Positions 25,446-39,724 of a DNA stretch of 64,000 nt are shown piece after piece. Position 1 is the first letter of the stretch, and the number at the start of each line of letters is the position of its first letter. Origin of the DNA: Stegostoma tigrinum (taxonomy: Eukaryota). The position numbers and the translations under genes were made by a program. The notes under the pieces were generated by a model. It searched no databases, was not told where the DNA came from, and saw only the letters and a program-made list of their open reading frames with translations. The DNA lies in assembly GCF_030684315.1 (NCBI RefSeq), contig NC_081394.1, positions 4,744,163 through 4,808,162 on the forward strand. The letters are read 5' to 3'.

Positions 25446-28400
25446 GTGACCAGAATTGAAGACCATTTCTGAAGAAGGGTCTAGGCCCGACAGGTCAGCT
25501 TTCCTGCTCCTCTGATGCTGCTTGGCCTGCTGTGTTCATCCAGCTCTGCACCTTTGCAGACCAGAATTGAAGGCAGTTTTCCAAAAGTGACCTAACCAAT
25601 GTCCTGTGCAGATGCAACATGACCCTCCCAACTCCTTTACTCAAGGCACTGACCAATAACGGCAAGCGTACCTAACACCACCTTGATTGTTAATATTTTG
25701 GGTCTGGGGACGCTTCCTCAGAGCTCCTGGTAGCTGGGAAAATCAGACACAGCAAGAACTGCCAATGATGGAGTCAGAGATAACAAGGTGTGGACCTGGA
25801 GGAACACAGCAGGCCAAGCAGCATCAGAGGAGCAGGAAAGCTGACGTTTTGGGGTGAGGGCCCTTCTTTGGGAGATTACACACTTACAAAAGCTCCACGC
25901 TGTGCTATACCTGTAGCTGGGAAAATGTTGGTTTAAACAGGGAAGTAGATGGGGTACAGAGTAAATGATGGGATAAGGGATGGAGCTTGAAGAGAGACAA
26001 GGGCAGTTAGACAGACAAAGGAGTTGATGGTGATCTGGCTGGGAGAGTGAATAGTTGTTAGTGACTAAGAACCAGAAACATGTAACGACAGATTACTAAC
26101 ATTTTCCCAGCTACCATCAGTTCTGAGGAAGGGTCAGTGGACACGAAACATGACCTCTGATTTTTTTATCCTTCACAGATGCTGCCAGACCTGCTGAGCT
26201 TTTCTAGCAACTTCTGTTTCTGTTCCTGATTTCCAGCATCTGCAGTTCTTTCGGTTTTTATCCACATTTTTGTATTAACATGCCCTGGAATATCAACGTC
26301 TCCCCACTGAGACTCACCATCAACATGTCCTGCTCTGTGAATGCCAGTGTAAAATATTTACTAAGAATTTCCCCAATTTCCTGGACATCCATGTATAATT
26401 TCCCTCCTTTGTTTCTGAGCAGACCCACCCTTTCCTCAGCGACCTCTCACTCAACAGATACGGAGAAAATGCTTCGAGATTTTATCCAACTCCTGTTTTT
26501 CAAGGAAATTTCATGGATTCTCTGAGCTCTCCCAACTCTGTATTTCAGCTGATTCCAGCTTTCTCCGTATTCTTTGATAGTTCTGTCTTCCTAAACCTGA
26601 CGTATGCCTCCTTTTTTTCTCATTTCAAAGTCCTTGGCTACAGTTATCCTTGCGCTAAAGCGGCAATGCAATTGCTGTGCCAATAAATGAGCTGGGGAAT
26701 TTATCATTCCTAGAAGAGTCAGATCCAGAAATCCCTCAGCAATGTTCCAATGCAAAACAGCATGGGGTTAGAAATGCTTTCAACGATAGATACGGTGTAG
26801 AGGCAGCTTTACTGTGTATCTAACCCCGTGCTGTCTCTGTCCTCGGAGTGTTTGATGGGGAACTGTGTAGAGGGAGCTTCACCCTGTATCTAACCCCGTA
26901 ATGTCCCTGTGCTGGTAGTGTGTGATGAGGGACAGTGTAGAGGTAGCTTCACCCTGTAGCTAATCCCATAATGTCCCTGTGCTGGTAGTGTGTGATGAGG
27001 GACAGTGTAGAGGTAGCTTCACCCTGTATCTAACCCCATAATGCTCCTGTGCTGGGAGTGTTTGAGGGGGGACAGTGTAGAGGAAGTTTTACTCTCTATC
27101 TAACCCCGTGCTGTCCCTGTCCCTGGGAGTGTTTGATGGGAGGACAGTGTAGAGTGAGCTTTACTTTCTGCTTAAGAGTCGAAAATACTTTACGTGGAGC
27201 TTTACAATGCGTTTAAATGTTTGCACCCGATGTCTGCGCCAGTGAAAATTTCCAGGCTTTATTTGTTGGCTAAGCTAACATGGTCTGTTTAGGGAAACGG
27301 TTATGCGGCCTATCGAAGCAGAGATCTGAATCTCAGCGTGCGACCTGATTGTTCAGGGCCAACAGACGGACGAGTGTGCTATGAGCTGGAGAGTTTGTAC
27401 TGTGGAGGATGAGAATCTCAACGCACCTTGTGGGATACTGTGGGACTTCTCCAGTAGGGAGCTGCGTCTGAGCACGGGGACTAAAAATTCTGTGCCCAGA
27501 TCGCTTGGTCTGATCTGGGTTAATCAGTGGTTCACTGTGCCCAATTGTGTCTCAGTATCTGAGCCGCTCAGGGGAGCTCTGAATTGTGAATGTCTCGCGT
27601 AACCCCATGCCCGCCCATTACTGAAGTGGGGGTTGAACAGTTCCTCGAGTGGATTTTCGGGCCGTGCTGCTCGGGGACCGATCTCTCGGACCAGCAAGTT
27701 TGCAAAAGTGTATCCTGGCTCAGGATTCATAGAATGACAGATTGGCTCAACTTTACAGGGAACCTACGGGTAGGGACATTCCCAAATACAACGCAAATAA
27801 AAAATAAAAAAATCCCTGACCGAGAGACAAACAGTCGGTTCTGCCATGTGCCGCAGGAATTCCTCGCACACCCATAATAGGAGTCAGAATCTTACTTCGG
27901 CCTAATTGGCTCACTGCCCAGTTTCAGCTGAGCGAGACCTCAATGAAGAGAGAGTGAGGTCTCCTGGAGATTTTCATCTGCTAGTTCAGCACTGAGAGGC
28001 TTCCTGACATTCGCTAGGTTCGTGGGATTTTGCTGAACGTCTCCTTTCACCCCCTTGAAATTTCCTCCATGTGGCCCAAAGATGGGTTCACATTGATCGA
28101 GAGATGGTATGAACTGCAGATGCTGGAGAAGCTGAGATAACAAGGTGGAGAGCTGGATGAAAGCAGCAGGCCAGGCAGCATCAGAGGAGCAGGAAAGCTG
28201 ACATTTCAGGTCTGGTCCAGACCTGATTTATCGAGATATATTTCGATGAAATTGCCTCTCGTTCTGCTAAACTGCAGAGTGTAGAAACCCAACCCATTTC
28301 ACCTTTCCTCCTCAGATGATCCCTCCATCCTAGGACCATCCGGGGTGAACCTTCTCTGAAGTGCCTCCAATGAAATGATACCTTTTGTAAAATAGGGACC

Positions 28401-28962
28401 AAAGCTGCTCACAGTACTCCAGGTGTAGTCTCACCAGACCTTTGTACAGATGAAGTCAAGTGCCCTTCCTATTATGCTCCAAATCCCTCCAATTCCAGAC
28501 AATTAATCACTCCACAGGACAGTCAGGAAGCGTGGCAAACAAAAAGGGCACAGCAGGATCCCACCTATAAGACCCAAATACATTTTCTTCTTTGCAGAAG
28601 TAGGCAGGGGTTTGAATATTGTCTGCAGATCTCCAGAAGAAAAAACCTCCCACGGACACACCCCAGCCTGACACACCAGTGAGCTCGTAACCCCACCGTT
28701 CCTCCACATAGTATCTCTGGGATGTGTCACTCACAGGGACACAGGTCAATGAAACATACAAAACATGGCAACTTGGGAGATAGGAGCTGGAGGAGGACAT
28801 TCAGCCCTTCGAGCATGCTCCATCATTCATTATGATCATGGTTGATCATTCAATTCAGTCCTGACTTCCCCAATTCTCCGCAGGGACACTTTGAACGGTT
28901 TGGCCTGAAAAGCTGAATCAAACTCTGCCTTTGAGCCATTCGATATTTTGGCCGTAGCCGGC

Positions 28963-30758
28963 CCTCCCTCAGCATAGACCCTCCGACAGTGCCCACTCCC
29001 TCAGCACTGACCCTCCGACAGTGCCCACTCCCTCAGCACTGACCCTCCGACAGTGCCCATTCCCTTAGCACTGACCCTCCGACACTGCCCGCTCCCTCAG
29101 CACTGACCCTCCGACAGTGCCCACTCACTCAGCTCTGACCCTCCAACAGTGCAGTGCTCCCTCAGCACTGACCCTCAGACAGTGCCCGCTCCCTCAGCAC
29201 TGACCCTTCAACAGTGCCCGCTCCCTCAGCACTGACCTTCCAACAGTGCCCGCTCCCTCAGCACTGACCCTCTGCCAGTGCCCACTCCCACAGCACTGAC
29301 CCTCCGACAGTGCTGCGCTCTCTCAGCACTGACCCTCCAACAGTGCCCGCTCCCTCAGCACTGACCCTCTGACAGTGCGGAGTTCCCTCAGCACTGACCC
29401 TCCGACAGTGCTGCGCTCCGTCAGCACTGACCCTCCAACAGTGCCCACTCCCTCAGCACTGACCTTCCGACAGTGCCCGCTCCCTCAGCACTGACCCTCC
29501 AACAGTGTGGCACTCCCTCAGCACTGACCCTCCGACAGAGCGGCGTTCCCTCAGCACTGACCCTCCAACAGTGCCCACTCCCGCAGCACTGATTCTCTGA
29601 CAGTGCCCACTCCCTCAGCACTGACCCTCCAACAGTGCCAGCTCCCTCAGCACTGACCCTCTGAGAGTGCCCACTCCCTCAGCACTGAACCTGCAACAGT
29701 GCCCGCTCCCTCAGCACTGACCCTCTGACAGTACCCATTCCCTCAGCACTGACTCTCCAACAGTGCCCACTCCCTCAGCACTGACACTCTGACAGTGCCC
29801 ACTCCCTGAGCACTGAACCTCCGACAGTGCCCGCTCCCTCAGTTCTGACCCTCCAACAGTGCCCGCTCCCTCAGCACTGACCCTCCGACAGTGCGGTGCT
29901 CCCTCAGCACTGACCTTCCGACATGTAGAACTCCCTCAGCACTGACCCTCTGACAGTGCCCACTCCCTCAGCACTGACCCTCCGACAGTGCCCACTCCCT
30001 CAGCACTGACCCTCCGAAAGTGCCCGCTCCCTCAGTACTGACCCTCCAACAGTGCCCGCTCCCTCAGCTCTGACCCTCCAACAGTGCCCACTCCCTCAGC
30101 ACTGACACTCTGACAGTGCCCACTCCCTCAGCACTGACCCTCCGACAGTGCTCGCACCCTCAGCACTGACCCTCTGACAGTGCCTCAGCACTGACCCTCT
30201 GAAAGTGACCGCTCCCTCAGCACTGACCCTCCGACAGTGCCCGCTCCCTCAGCACTGACCCTCCAACAGTGCCCACTCCGTCAGCACTGACCCTCCGACA
30301 GTGCCCATTCGCTCTGCACTGACCCTCTGACAGTGCCCGCTCCCTCAGCACTGATCCTCCGACAGTGCCCGTACCCTCAGCACTGACCCTCCGACAGTGC
30401 CCATTCGCTCTGTACTGACCCTCTGACAGTGCCCGCTCCCTCAGCACTGACCCTCCGACAGTGCCCGCACCCTCAGCACTGACCCTCTGACAGTGCCCAC
30501 TCCCTCAGCACTGACCCTCCGACAGTGCCCACTCCCTCAGCACTGACCCTCCGACAGTGCGGCGCTCCCTCAGCACTGACCCTCCGACAGTGCCCGCTCC
30601 CTCAGCACTGACCCTCCGACAGTGCAGCGCTCCCTCAGCACTGACCTTCCGACAGTGCCCACTCCCTCAGCACTGACCCTCCGACTGTGCCCACTCCCTC
30701 AGCACTGACCCTCCGACAGTACGGCGCTCCTTCAGCACTGACCCTCCGACAGTGCGGC
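28963..30758 (-). repeat. 32-bp minisatellite array
   Basis: Reverse-orientation copies. Confidence 0.95.
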
Positions 30759-31029
30759 AATAACAGTGTGGAATTTTTACTTTGGACTTTGGTTCTTTTT
30801 CCCCATTTGCCGTGTTTGGCACGGCTGGCACTTATCGCAATCATTAATTGCCACTGAACTGCAGACCTGGCTGGACTCTTTCAGAGCTAAACACCTTCAG
30901 TTGTTGTGTGAAATGACTTAGGGGCCAGATTTGGAATCGGCCTCAACAAAGATTTCCTTCCCTAAAAGGCATTTATGAAACTCAACCAGCTTTCAATTCT
31001 CAATTTCTAAATTCAGGGCTTGTTCAACA

Positions 31030-31490
31030 TGAAATGGCGCAGAAAATATTCACCAGGATTCACCAGTTGCTGGGAACGAAAGGAAGAACTATAGGGAGGG
31101 GCTGGATGGGCTGGGGCTATTTTCCCTGGAGCGTCGGAGGCTGAGGGTTGACATTGTAAAATCATGAAGGGCATTTAGAGGGAAACCAGTTATGGTCTTT
31201 ATCTCCGAAGTAGGGGAGTCCAAAACTAGTGGGGCATAAGTTTGAGGTGAGAGAGGAAAGACTTAAAAGAGATCTAAGGAACAACATTTTCACACAGAGG
31301 GTGGTGTGTGTATGGAATGAGCTGCCAGAGGAAGTGGTGGGGGCTGGTACAATTACAGCATTTAAAAGTTGGGTACATGGATAGGAAGTGTTTGGAGGGA
31401 TATGGGCCAAATGCTAACTAATTTAGTTTGGGAATGTGGTCAGCAAGGACGAGTTGGGCCGAAGGGTCTGTTCCCGGGCTGTACAGCTCA
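31030..31490 (+). mobile_element. CR1/HER1-like LINE 3' fragment
   Basis: TTTTCACACAGAGGGTGGTG...TGGAATGAGCTGCCAGAGGAAGTGGTG. Confidence 0.75.
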
Positions 31491-32417
31491 ACAGTGTCAG
31501 CTGCTGGGATTGGTTTTGCTGGGTAGCATAGGCTAAGGGTCATATAGAACCAGCAGCATAGTTTTTGGGATCTCGGTGTAATAGAACTTGATGAGATGTA
31601 TTATTATTCTGACCAAATGTCACAGGTTCCCACTTCCTGAGGCAGAAATTCTAAAATGGTGACTTGTAATTTCGGGGAGCGGCAGGGGAGTGGACTGGGA
31701 GGTTGTGGCGAGAGACGGTGTCTCTGTTCTTTCTCAGACAGAACTTTAAGGTCAGGAGAAAAGGGAACAGAGAGCGAGAGAAGTTAGATCGTTTCCGTGG
31801 GTGCGTGGGAGATAGGTCAACGAGAGCCAGCAGCACCAAGAGGGCCCCGTGCTGTCCCTGTCCCTGTCCCTGGGAGGGTTTGCTGGGGGACAGTGTAGAG
31901 AGAGCTTCACTCTGTATCTAACCCTATGCTGTCCCTGTCCCTGGGAGTGTTTGATGGGGGACAGTGTAGAGAGAGCTTCACTCTGTATCTAAACCCATCC
32001 TGTGCCTGTCCAAAGAGGACAGTGTAGAGGGAGCTTTACTCTGTCTCTAACCCTGTGCTGTCCCTGTCGAGGGAGTGTTTGATAGGGGGACAGTGTAGAG
32101 GGAGACTAACTTCTGCAGTAGGTTAACTTTTTTCTTTCAAAGTGTAGAGCAAGCTTTACGAAGAGTGTGAAAGAGTCACAGGGAGATTTACTCCATGCCT
32201 AACATGTGTGCTGGAGAGGTGGGTGATCTCAGGTGGTCTGGCGGAGTCTGTGTCAGAGAGAGATACACAGTATAATACTGGAGCTCAGTGACCCTTCCCA
32301 GAGATGTCCTGGACTCTGTGTGGGACCCATGTTTTCGCCCAGCATCCCTCCCCACAGACACAAACGCAGCCAGTGCACCCATAAAGCACCATTTCATGTT
32401 TACAACAGTAATTCGAT

Positions 32418-33190
32418 GAGTGTAGGGGCTGGAGGGGGTTACAGAGATAGGGAGGGGTGTAGGGGCTGGAGGGGGTTACACAGATGGGGAGGGGGTGTAG
32501 GGGCTGGAGGGGGTTACAGAGATAGGGAGGGGGTGTTGGGGCTGGAGGGGGTTACAGAGATAGGGAGGGGGTGTAGGGGCTGGAGGGGGTTACAGAGATA
32601 GGCAGCGTTGTAGGGGCTGGAGGGGGTTACAGAGGTAGGGAGGGGTGTAGGGGCTGGAGGGGGTTACAGAGATAGGGAGGGTTGTAGGGGCTGGAGGGGG
32701 TTACAGAGATAGGGAGGGGGTGTTGGGGCTGGAGGGGGTTACAGAGATAGGGAGGGTTGTAGGGGCTGGAGGGGGTTACAGAGATAGGGAGGGGGTGTAG
32801 GGGCTGGAGGGGGTTACAGCGATAGGGAGGGGGTGTTGGGGCTGGAGGGGGTTACAGAGATAGGGAGGGGGTGTAGGGGCTGGAGGGGGTTACAGAGATA
32901 GGGAGGGGGTGCAGGGGCTGGAGGGGGTTACATAGATAGGGAGGGGGTGTAGGGGCTGGAGGGGGTTACAGAGATAGGGAGGGGGTGCAGGGGCTGGAGG
33001 GGGTTACAGAGATAGGGAGGGGGTGTAGGGGCTGGAGGGGCTTACAGAGGTAGGGAGAGGGAGTAGGGGCTGGAGGGGGTTACAGAGATAGGGAGGGGGT
33101 GTAGGGGATGGAGGGGGCTACAGAGATAGGGAGGGGTGTAGGAGCTGGAGGGGGTTACAGAAATAGGGAGGAAGTGTAGGGGCTACTGGG
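32418..33190 (+). repeat. 38-bp G-rich minisatellite (another array at 34248-34465)
   Basis: Tandem repeats. Confidence 0.93.
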
Positions 33191-34974
33191 GGTGGGATTG
33201 CGGGACTACTTCCCACTGAGTTAAGGTGAATGATGTTGCAGTGTTGGAAAGGAGGAATGCTGGATTGGGAGGGGACGGAATGGTCACTTTCGTTTAGGAC
33301 CGCAGTCTTCCGTCGATTCCCCGAGCCTGGTCCAACACGTGACTCCAGGCCCACAGCAATGAGATTGACTGTGAAGTGCCATCTGTGTTTTGGGGTGTGT
33401 CAGCAAACCTTGGCTCACACCCCCCTCCTCCCTGTACCCCCTCCCATCCCCCCAGGTCCCATCTCCTTGTCACGACCACTAACACCCTCACCCTGGCTCC
33501 TTGATCCATCCCACACGGTCTTGGTCTCTCTTCCATAGCCTCTCTACAGTTACCTCCACCCCGCTCCTGTTTCCCCTCTCTATTTTGCCCCCCCCCCACC
33601 CCTCTAACCCCTCTCCCCCACTGTTTTTATGGCGCTTGTCCCATTTCCCCCATTAATTGCTGCTCCTTCGTCCCTCGGGCATTTTAAACCCTTGCCCACG
33701 CCCGACCCTCTCAGTCACCCCTAACCTTAAGAGATCAGCAGGGTGGTAGATACCCAATCCCCCCCCCCCACCCCCTGCTGAGATCATCCACCCAGATCCA
33801 GCGTGACGTCAGCCCCTGGTGTCACCCCGTCCACCCCGCCCTCAGCTGTGACGACGATGGGGACGCACGTTGAGCAATGCAGACAGCACGCCTCTAAAAC
33901 TGGCAAGAACAGTCAGACAGAGGCACAGAGCCAGCGTCACTTCCCCATTTGCAAAGGGAGCATGGCCACAGAGTATTTCCACTTTGCTGTGTTCGAAAGT
34001 CTGCCTCGGTGATCCGTTTCTCAGAAAGCTCTCACCAGAGGGATGCCTGACAGAGAGAGAGAGAGAGACTCACATGAAACAGGACTCCCTGACCAGGAGA
34101 GGGAAATAACTCCTCACTGTCACCCTTCATTTACATAGGAGCGTCTTGACCCACCTCCCTCAGAGTGAGCTGGACCTCAGACCCTCCCATGACTATCAGC
34201 CAGGGCTCCCTGATTGCACCAGGTGAACAGGCTCAATCAGGAGGTCATAGAGATAGGGAGGGGGTGTAGGGGATGGAGGTGGTTACAGAGATAGGGAGGG
34301 GGTGTCGGGGCTGGAGGGGGTTACAGAGATAGGGAGGGGGTGTAGGGGCTGGAGGGGGTTACAGAGATAGGGAGGGGGTGTAGGGGCTGGAGGGGGTTAC
34401 AGAGATAGGGAGGGGGTGTAGGGGCTGGAGGGGGTTACAGAGATAGGGAGGGGGTGTAGTGGATAGAGGACGTCCACATGACTGACCTTGTTACAATTAC
34501 TAAACCCCTCCCCCTCTATGTCTGAGGATGTAGACCAGTCTTCTTTTTTGGTAGTTCCTTCTGGGGCATTTTAGCAGTAGATCAGGTGCCTGCAACTCTG
34601 CCTCTGATACATGTAATGCACAGGAGCTCGCCTCTTGTACCCAGCACATCTCAGAAGAAATTCATTCTCCTCTTCAGGGAGCAGAGGCAGTGACAGCGGC
34701 CATGTCCACCTCCAATTCCAAAGTATTTTCAATGCTTGACGGAAATGGAGAACCCACGAGTTGCCGAATAGTTGGAAAGGCTTCCGAGGAGCCAGGCACA
34801 ATTTGCTCCTCCACGATTTACAAATTTTCACCATCCATGTTATCTGTGTACTTATTCAGGGCCATCAGCCCTACTCGGACCTCGGGAACTGACCTCGCAT
34901 TGGCCAGGTCTCTTCCCCACGCAGGACCGTTCCTGTGGTTCCTGCACCAAACTTTGTCTCCTGGAGCAAACCAA

Positions 34975-35648
34975 CTCTCTCACCAACCTCCGCTCAGTTC
35001 GCAACAAACAACTGCACCTCCCAGTCGCAAACCATTTCCACTCCCCCTCCCATTCTTCAGATGACATGTCCATCATGGGCCTCCTGCAGTGCCACAATGA
35101 TGCCACCCGAAGGTTGCAGGAACAGCAACTCATATTCCGCCTGGGAACCCTGCAGCCATATGGTATCAATGTGGACTTCACCAGTTTCAAAATCTCCCCT
35201 TCCCCCACTGCATCCCTCAACCAGCCCAATTCGTCCCCTCCCCCCACTGCACCACACAACCAGCCCAGCTCCTCCCCCCCACCCACTGCATCCCAAAACC
35301 AGTCCAACCTGTCTCTGCCTCCCTAACCTGTTCTTCCTCTCACCCATCCCTTCCTCCCACCCCAAGCCGCACCCCCAGCTACCTACTAACCTCATCCCAC
35401 CTCCTTGACCTGTCCGTCTTCCCTGGACTGACCTACCCCTCCCTACCTCCCCACCTATACTCTCCTCTCCACTTATCTTCTTTACTCTCCATCTTCGGTC
35501 CGCCTCCCCCTCTCTCCCTATTCATTCCAGAACCCTCCCCCCATCCCCCTCTCTGATGAAGGGTCTAGGCCCGAAACGTCAGCTTTTGTGCTCCTGAGAT
35601 GCTGCTGGGCCTGCTGTGTTCATCCAGCCTCACACTTTATTATCTCTC
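34975..35648 (+). mobile_element. Penelope-like element 3' fragment, same family as 24635-25445
   Basis: LRSVRNKQLHLPVANHF...EQQLIFRLGTLQPYGINVDF followed by a terminal repeat with an intact hammerhead core. Confidence 0.85.
35553..35582 (+). ncRNA. Minimal hammerhead-ribozyme motif
   Basis: CTGATGA-a-GGGTC-ta-GGCCC-GAAAC-GTC-ag. Confidence 0.7.
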
Positions 35649-35659
35649 ATCAACTCTAC

Positions 35660-35940
35660 TAGGGCGGCACGGTGGCTCAGTGGTAAGCACCTGATGGCGT
35701 CAGGGACCCAGGTTCAATCCCACCCTCAGGCAACCGTCCGTGTGGAGCTTTCACGTTCTCCCAGTGTCTGCGTGGGTTTTCTCCCACAGTCTAAAGATGT
35801 CCAGGTTAGGGTGGGTCAGCTGTACTCTCGTGCCCAGGGATGTGTGTGTTTGACATGGGAAATGCTGAGTTACAACAGCAGAGTCAGAGCAGGATGCCCT
35901 CTGCAGGGTCAGTGTGGGCGGAATGGCCTGCTTTCACCCT
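35660..35940 (+). mobile_element. HE1/V-SINE-like element
   Basis: GGCGGCACGGTGGCTCAGTGGT head, GGTTCAATCCC box B, V-domain core. Confidence 0.7.
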
Positions 35941-37332
35941 GCAAATATCCTGCAATTTTCTCGGTGTTTCGAATATCATTTCACCCTCTCCAATGCGAAG
36001 CTCAGATTTACTGAAAACAAGAATTGCGAGAGATCCCAGTGGGCCAGGCAACATTCATGGCCGGAGAGAGCAAGCTAATGTTTTGACTCGAGATGGCTGT
36101 TCATCAGATTTAACCCGGAAAAGATCCATGCGATCCTCATCTCCGCGTTTGACAAAAGAACTCCAGGTGCATCCAGCCACTTTGAGTGGGTGCCCACGAT
36201 GACCAGGAACGTTGAGCCCAGGAATGGACCTGCATGCACAATGTGTAGCTGAGTCCCGGGTCTATTCCTACAAGTGCGGGGCAGCTGCTGCCAGTAATGT
36301 CTGTCCTTGATGGCACTCTGGGCACTGCCCCACCAAAGCGGCTATGTCACCATCCAGTCCTGGCCAATGGACATAAATCTTCATTGTGGAGACCCCTCGA
36401 AAACCCTGGTGGAGTTCAGCCAGTATCTGGTAGTGTCCTTTGCTCGGGACAACCACTCTTGCTCCCCATAATAATCTGCCTCTGGTGTCTCTCTGCATCC
36501 AAAAATGTCTCAGTTCTGGTTGTGATGGCCCTTTGGTTTCTCCACGATCACCAGCTGATTCAGTTTTGCCAGGATCGGATCTTCCTGCATCTAAAGTCTA
36601 GTATTGTCAGCTGTGAGTGGAAGGATGACAGAAAATTTAAAACCATTACAATCTCTTCCAGTGCTGGTCCATCGGTGGTGTATCTCCCAGCGGGAGGCAG
36701 CTCAGTGCATCCACATTGGCCTCCTGGATGGGTGTTCTAACTCGTGATCATATGCGCATAGTGTTAGAGCCCAGCACCGAGTTCAGCCTGAAGCTGTGGG
36801 TGGCCCTGCCTTGCCCTCTTTCAGCAGACCTTACAGGGATTTGTGGTCTGCAACATTGTAAATTTATGTCCTCAAAGGTATCGGTGGAACTTCCTGCCTC
36901 CAAACGTTTCTTCACGATCTGGGTGTATCTGCATTCGCCAAAGTCCTCGACCCCACGCACTAATGGATGCTCCTCTCCATTTGACCCCCTATGAGCCAGT
37001 ACCATGCCGATGCTGTGCGGGGAAGTATTGCATGTCAGTACCAAATGCCACTTGATACCCTCGTGTGCCAACACCTTAGAGGATGACAGCTGTTTCTTCA
37101 CTTCCCTGAAGGTTACGGCTTGGCTACGCAATAACTTCCAAGGCATATCCTTTTTTAAGGAGTTGGTGCAAAGGTGCCAGGATGGAGTTTTCAGTCATAA
37201 TTCACCAGCCCAAGGAAAGGCCTAAGCTCCAGCACAGACATAGGAGCCAGGGCACCTTTGATCGTCCTCACTTCATCTCTAAACAGGTGTAACCCGGTTT
37301 GTCAACTCTGTAACCCAAGTAGGTCACTTGGG

Positions 37333-37548
37333 GTAACAAAGTGTGGAGCTGGATGAACACAGCAGGCTAAGCAACATCCTAGGAGCACAAAAGCTGACGT
37401 TTCGGGCCTAGACCCTTTTCATCAGAGAGGGGTCTAGGCCCAAAACATCAGCTTTTGTGCTCCTGAGATGCTGCTTGGCCTGCTGTGTTCATCCAGCTCC
37501 ACACTGTGTTATCTTGGATTCTCCAGCATCTGCAGTTCCCATTATCTC
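37333..37548. mobile_element. Inverted Penelope mini-element nested in Gypsy pol
   Basis: 13-bp flanking duplication TAGGTCACTTGGG (37320-37332, 37549-37561). Confidence 0.8.
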
Positions 37549-38319
37549 TAGGTCACTTGGGATGCCTGGAACAGACCTGTTTCCCTTCAAAGGCATATGG
37601 CTGCCTGGGAGAAACATCTAAGAACTACGTCCAAGCTCTCTAAGTGTTCCTTATCAGTCTTCCCTTTTGTTAGCGCGTCATCTAGATAAATGACGAACTG
37701 GAGTAGACCTTGCGAAATGTTCTCGCTCTATAGATAATTCTGAATGTGTATGTGTATACACGCAAACCCTTGTGGGTATTAATTGGAAACAGACTGCTGG
37801 GAGTCCTCATCTAACCACAAACGCGAGTACACATGGCTCATGTCCAGCCTTGTGAAACATAGTGCCAACTCACTATAACGCTCCCACCAACACCCCTGCC
37901 ACCCAAAATCCCGGCCAGCGTTGCCTATAAATCCTGCTGCAAAAAGTGGGCTAGTGTTTGTTTGTTTGAAATCCCCAGGAAGGCGAATTAACCCGTCGGG
38001 CTTCACAATACGTGCCCTCGCACAAAAGATTGAAATTTCCATTCCTGGGATTGCATCACAACGAAATGCCTCTTTCCTCGTCACAGGGTTAATGCGAACA
38101 TTTCCTATCTGCGCCCTCGTGATGAGGTCCTCTCTCCATTCCCATTTAACTCAGCACGACAAGCTGATCCCTGTCAAACTGCTCACTTCCTCCAGGGCTG
38201 ACAACAGGATTTCAGCTTCAAAAACTTTCCATTTCACTGTTTCAAATCCCCCCCTTCCCCTTTCTCAAGAGATCAAGTCCACCCACGCTGCTCGACAGAA
38301 ACTGACCCAGGGCCCAATC

Positions 38320-39510
38320 CAAAACACAGGCCCATACACAAACCGACACACACCCCTAGACACAGGACCACACACAAACCCACACACAACCCTAGACACA
38401 GTCCCAGGCACAGGCCCACACACAAACCCACACACAATCCGAGGCACAGGCACAGACCCACACACAGACCGTGACACAATCCTAGACACAGACACAGACC
38501 CAAGCGCAAACCTACACACATCCTAGACAGTGACCCAGGCACAGACCCACAGACAGACCTCGACACAATCCGAGATACAGACACGGACCCACACACAAAA
38601 CTGATATACAGCCCTCGATGCAGACCCAGGCACAGACCCAAAAACAAACCCTACACACAATCCTAGACACAGACCCACACACAATCATAGATACAGGCCC
38701 ACACACAGACCCACACACAACCCTAGACACAGACCCACACACAATCATAGATACAGGCCCACACACAGACCTACACACAACCCTAGACACAGACCCACAC
38801 ACAATCATAGATACAGGCCCACACACAGACCTACACACAACCCTAGACACAGACCCACACACAGTCCCACACACAAATCTACATACAATCCTCGACACAG
38901 ATCAAGGCACAGACCCACACACAAACCGAGGCACAAAACTACACACAATCCTCGATCTGAACCCAGGCAAAAACCTTTGCACAACCCCTGACACAAACCG
39001 AGACAGAGGCTCACGCACAGACCCAGATACCGACCCACGCACAAATCCACACACAGACACACACACAAACCTACACACAGACCCACACACAGACCCACAC
39101 ACAAATCCACACACAGACCCATGCACAAATCCACACACAGACCCACACACAAACCTACACACAGACCCACACACAGACCCACACTCACACGCCTACACAC
39201 AGACCCACACACAAATCCACACACAGACCCATGCACAAATCCACACACAGACACACACACAAACCTACACACAGACCCACACACAGACCCACACACAGAC
39301 CCATGCACAAATCCACACACAGACACACACACAGGCCTACACACAGACCCACACACAGACCCACACACACACCTACACACAGACCCACACATAGATACAG
39401 CCACAAACAAACATACAGACCCAGACAGTGATCCTGACGCAAACTGGCAGACAGGTACAGACTGACACACTGATCCAGAAACACCCCCAGACACACACCC
39501 ACACCGAGAC
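38320..39510. repeat. CA-rich 12-bp-period repeat (CACACAGACCCA)n
   Basis: Degenerate tandem repeats. Confidence 0.9.
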
Positions 39511-39724
39511 AGGGAAGCAATGCCCTACAGGTAGAGTGTTTATCCAGGACCTGAGTTGAAATCTGAAAAAATCTGGAATTAAGACTCTGATGATGAGCGT
39601 GAAGCAACGTTGTCGGGGTGGCACAGTGGCTCAGTGTTTAGCACTGCAGCCTCACAGCGCGAGGGTCCCAGGTTCGATTCCACCCTCGGGCGACTGTCTC
39701 TGTACAGTTTGCACATTTCTCTCA

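Larger units (their letters stand above)
34000..38270 (-). mobile_element. Decayed Ty3/Gypsy LTR retrotransposon interrupted by younger insertions
   Basis: RT-like VKPDGLIRLPGDFKQT and FTRLDMSHVY, RNase H-like LVLTCNTSPHSIGMVLAH, integrase zinc-finger ILAELHQG...YVHWPGLDGDI...CPEC, polypurine tract near 34505-34515; many stops and frameshifts. Confidence 0.75.

Noticed and set aside
35660-35740. tRNA genes at SINE heads
   Set aside because: Only degenerate box A/B followed by SINE body; no complete cloverleaf.
38265-39624. Long His/Thr/Asp-rich and Cys/Val/Gly-rich ORFs up to 258 aa
   Set aside because: Translations of a 12-bp CA-rich repeat, open in several frames on both strands.
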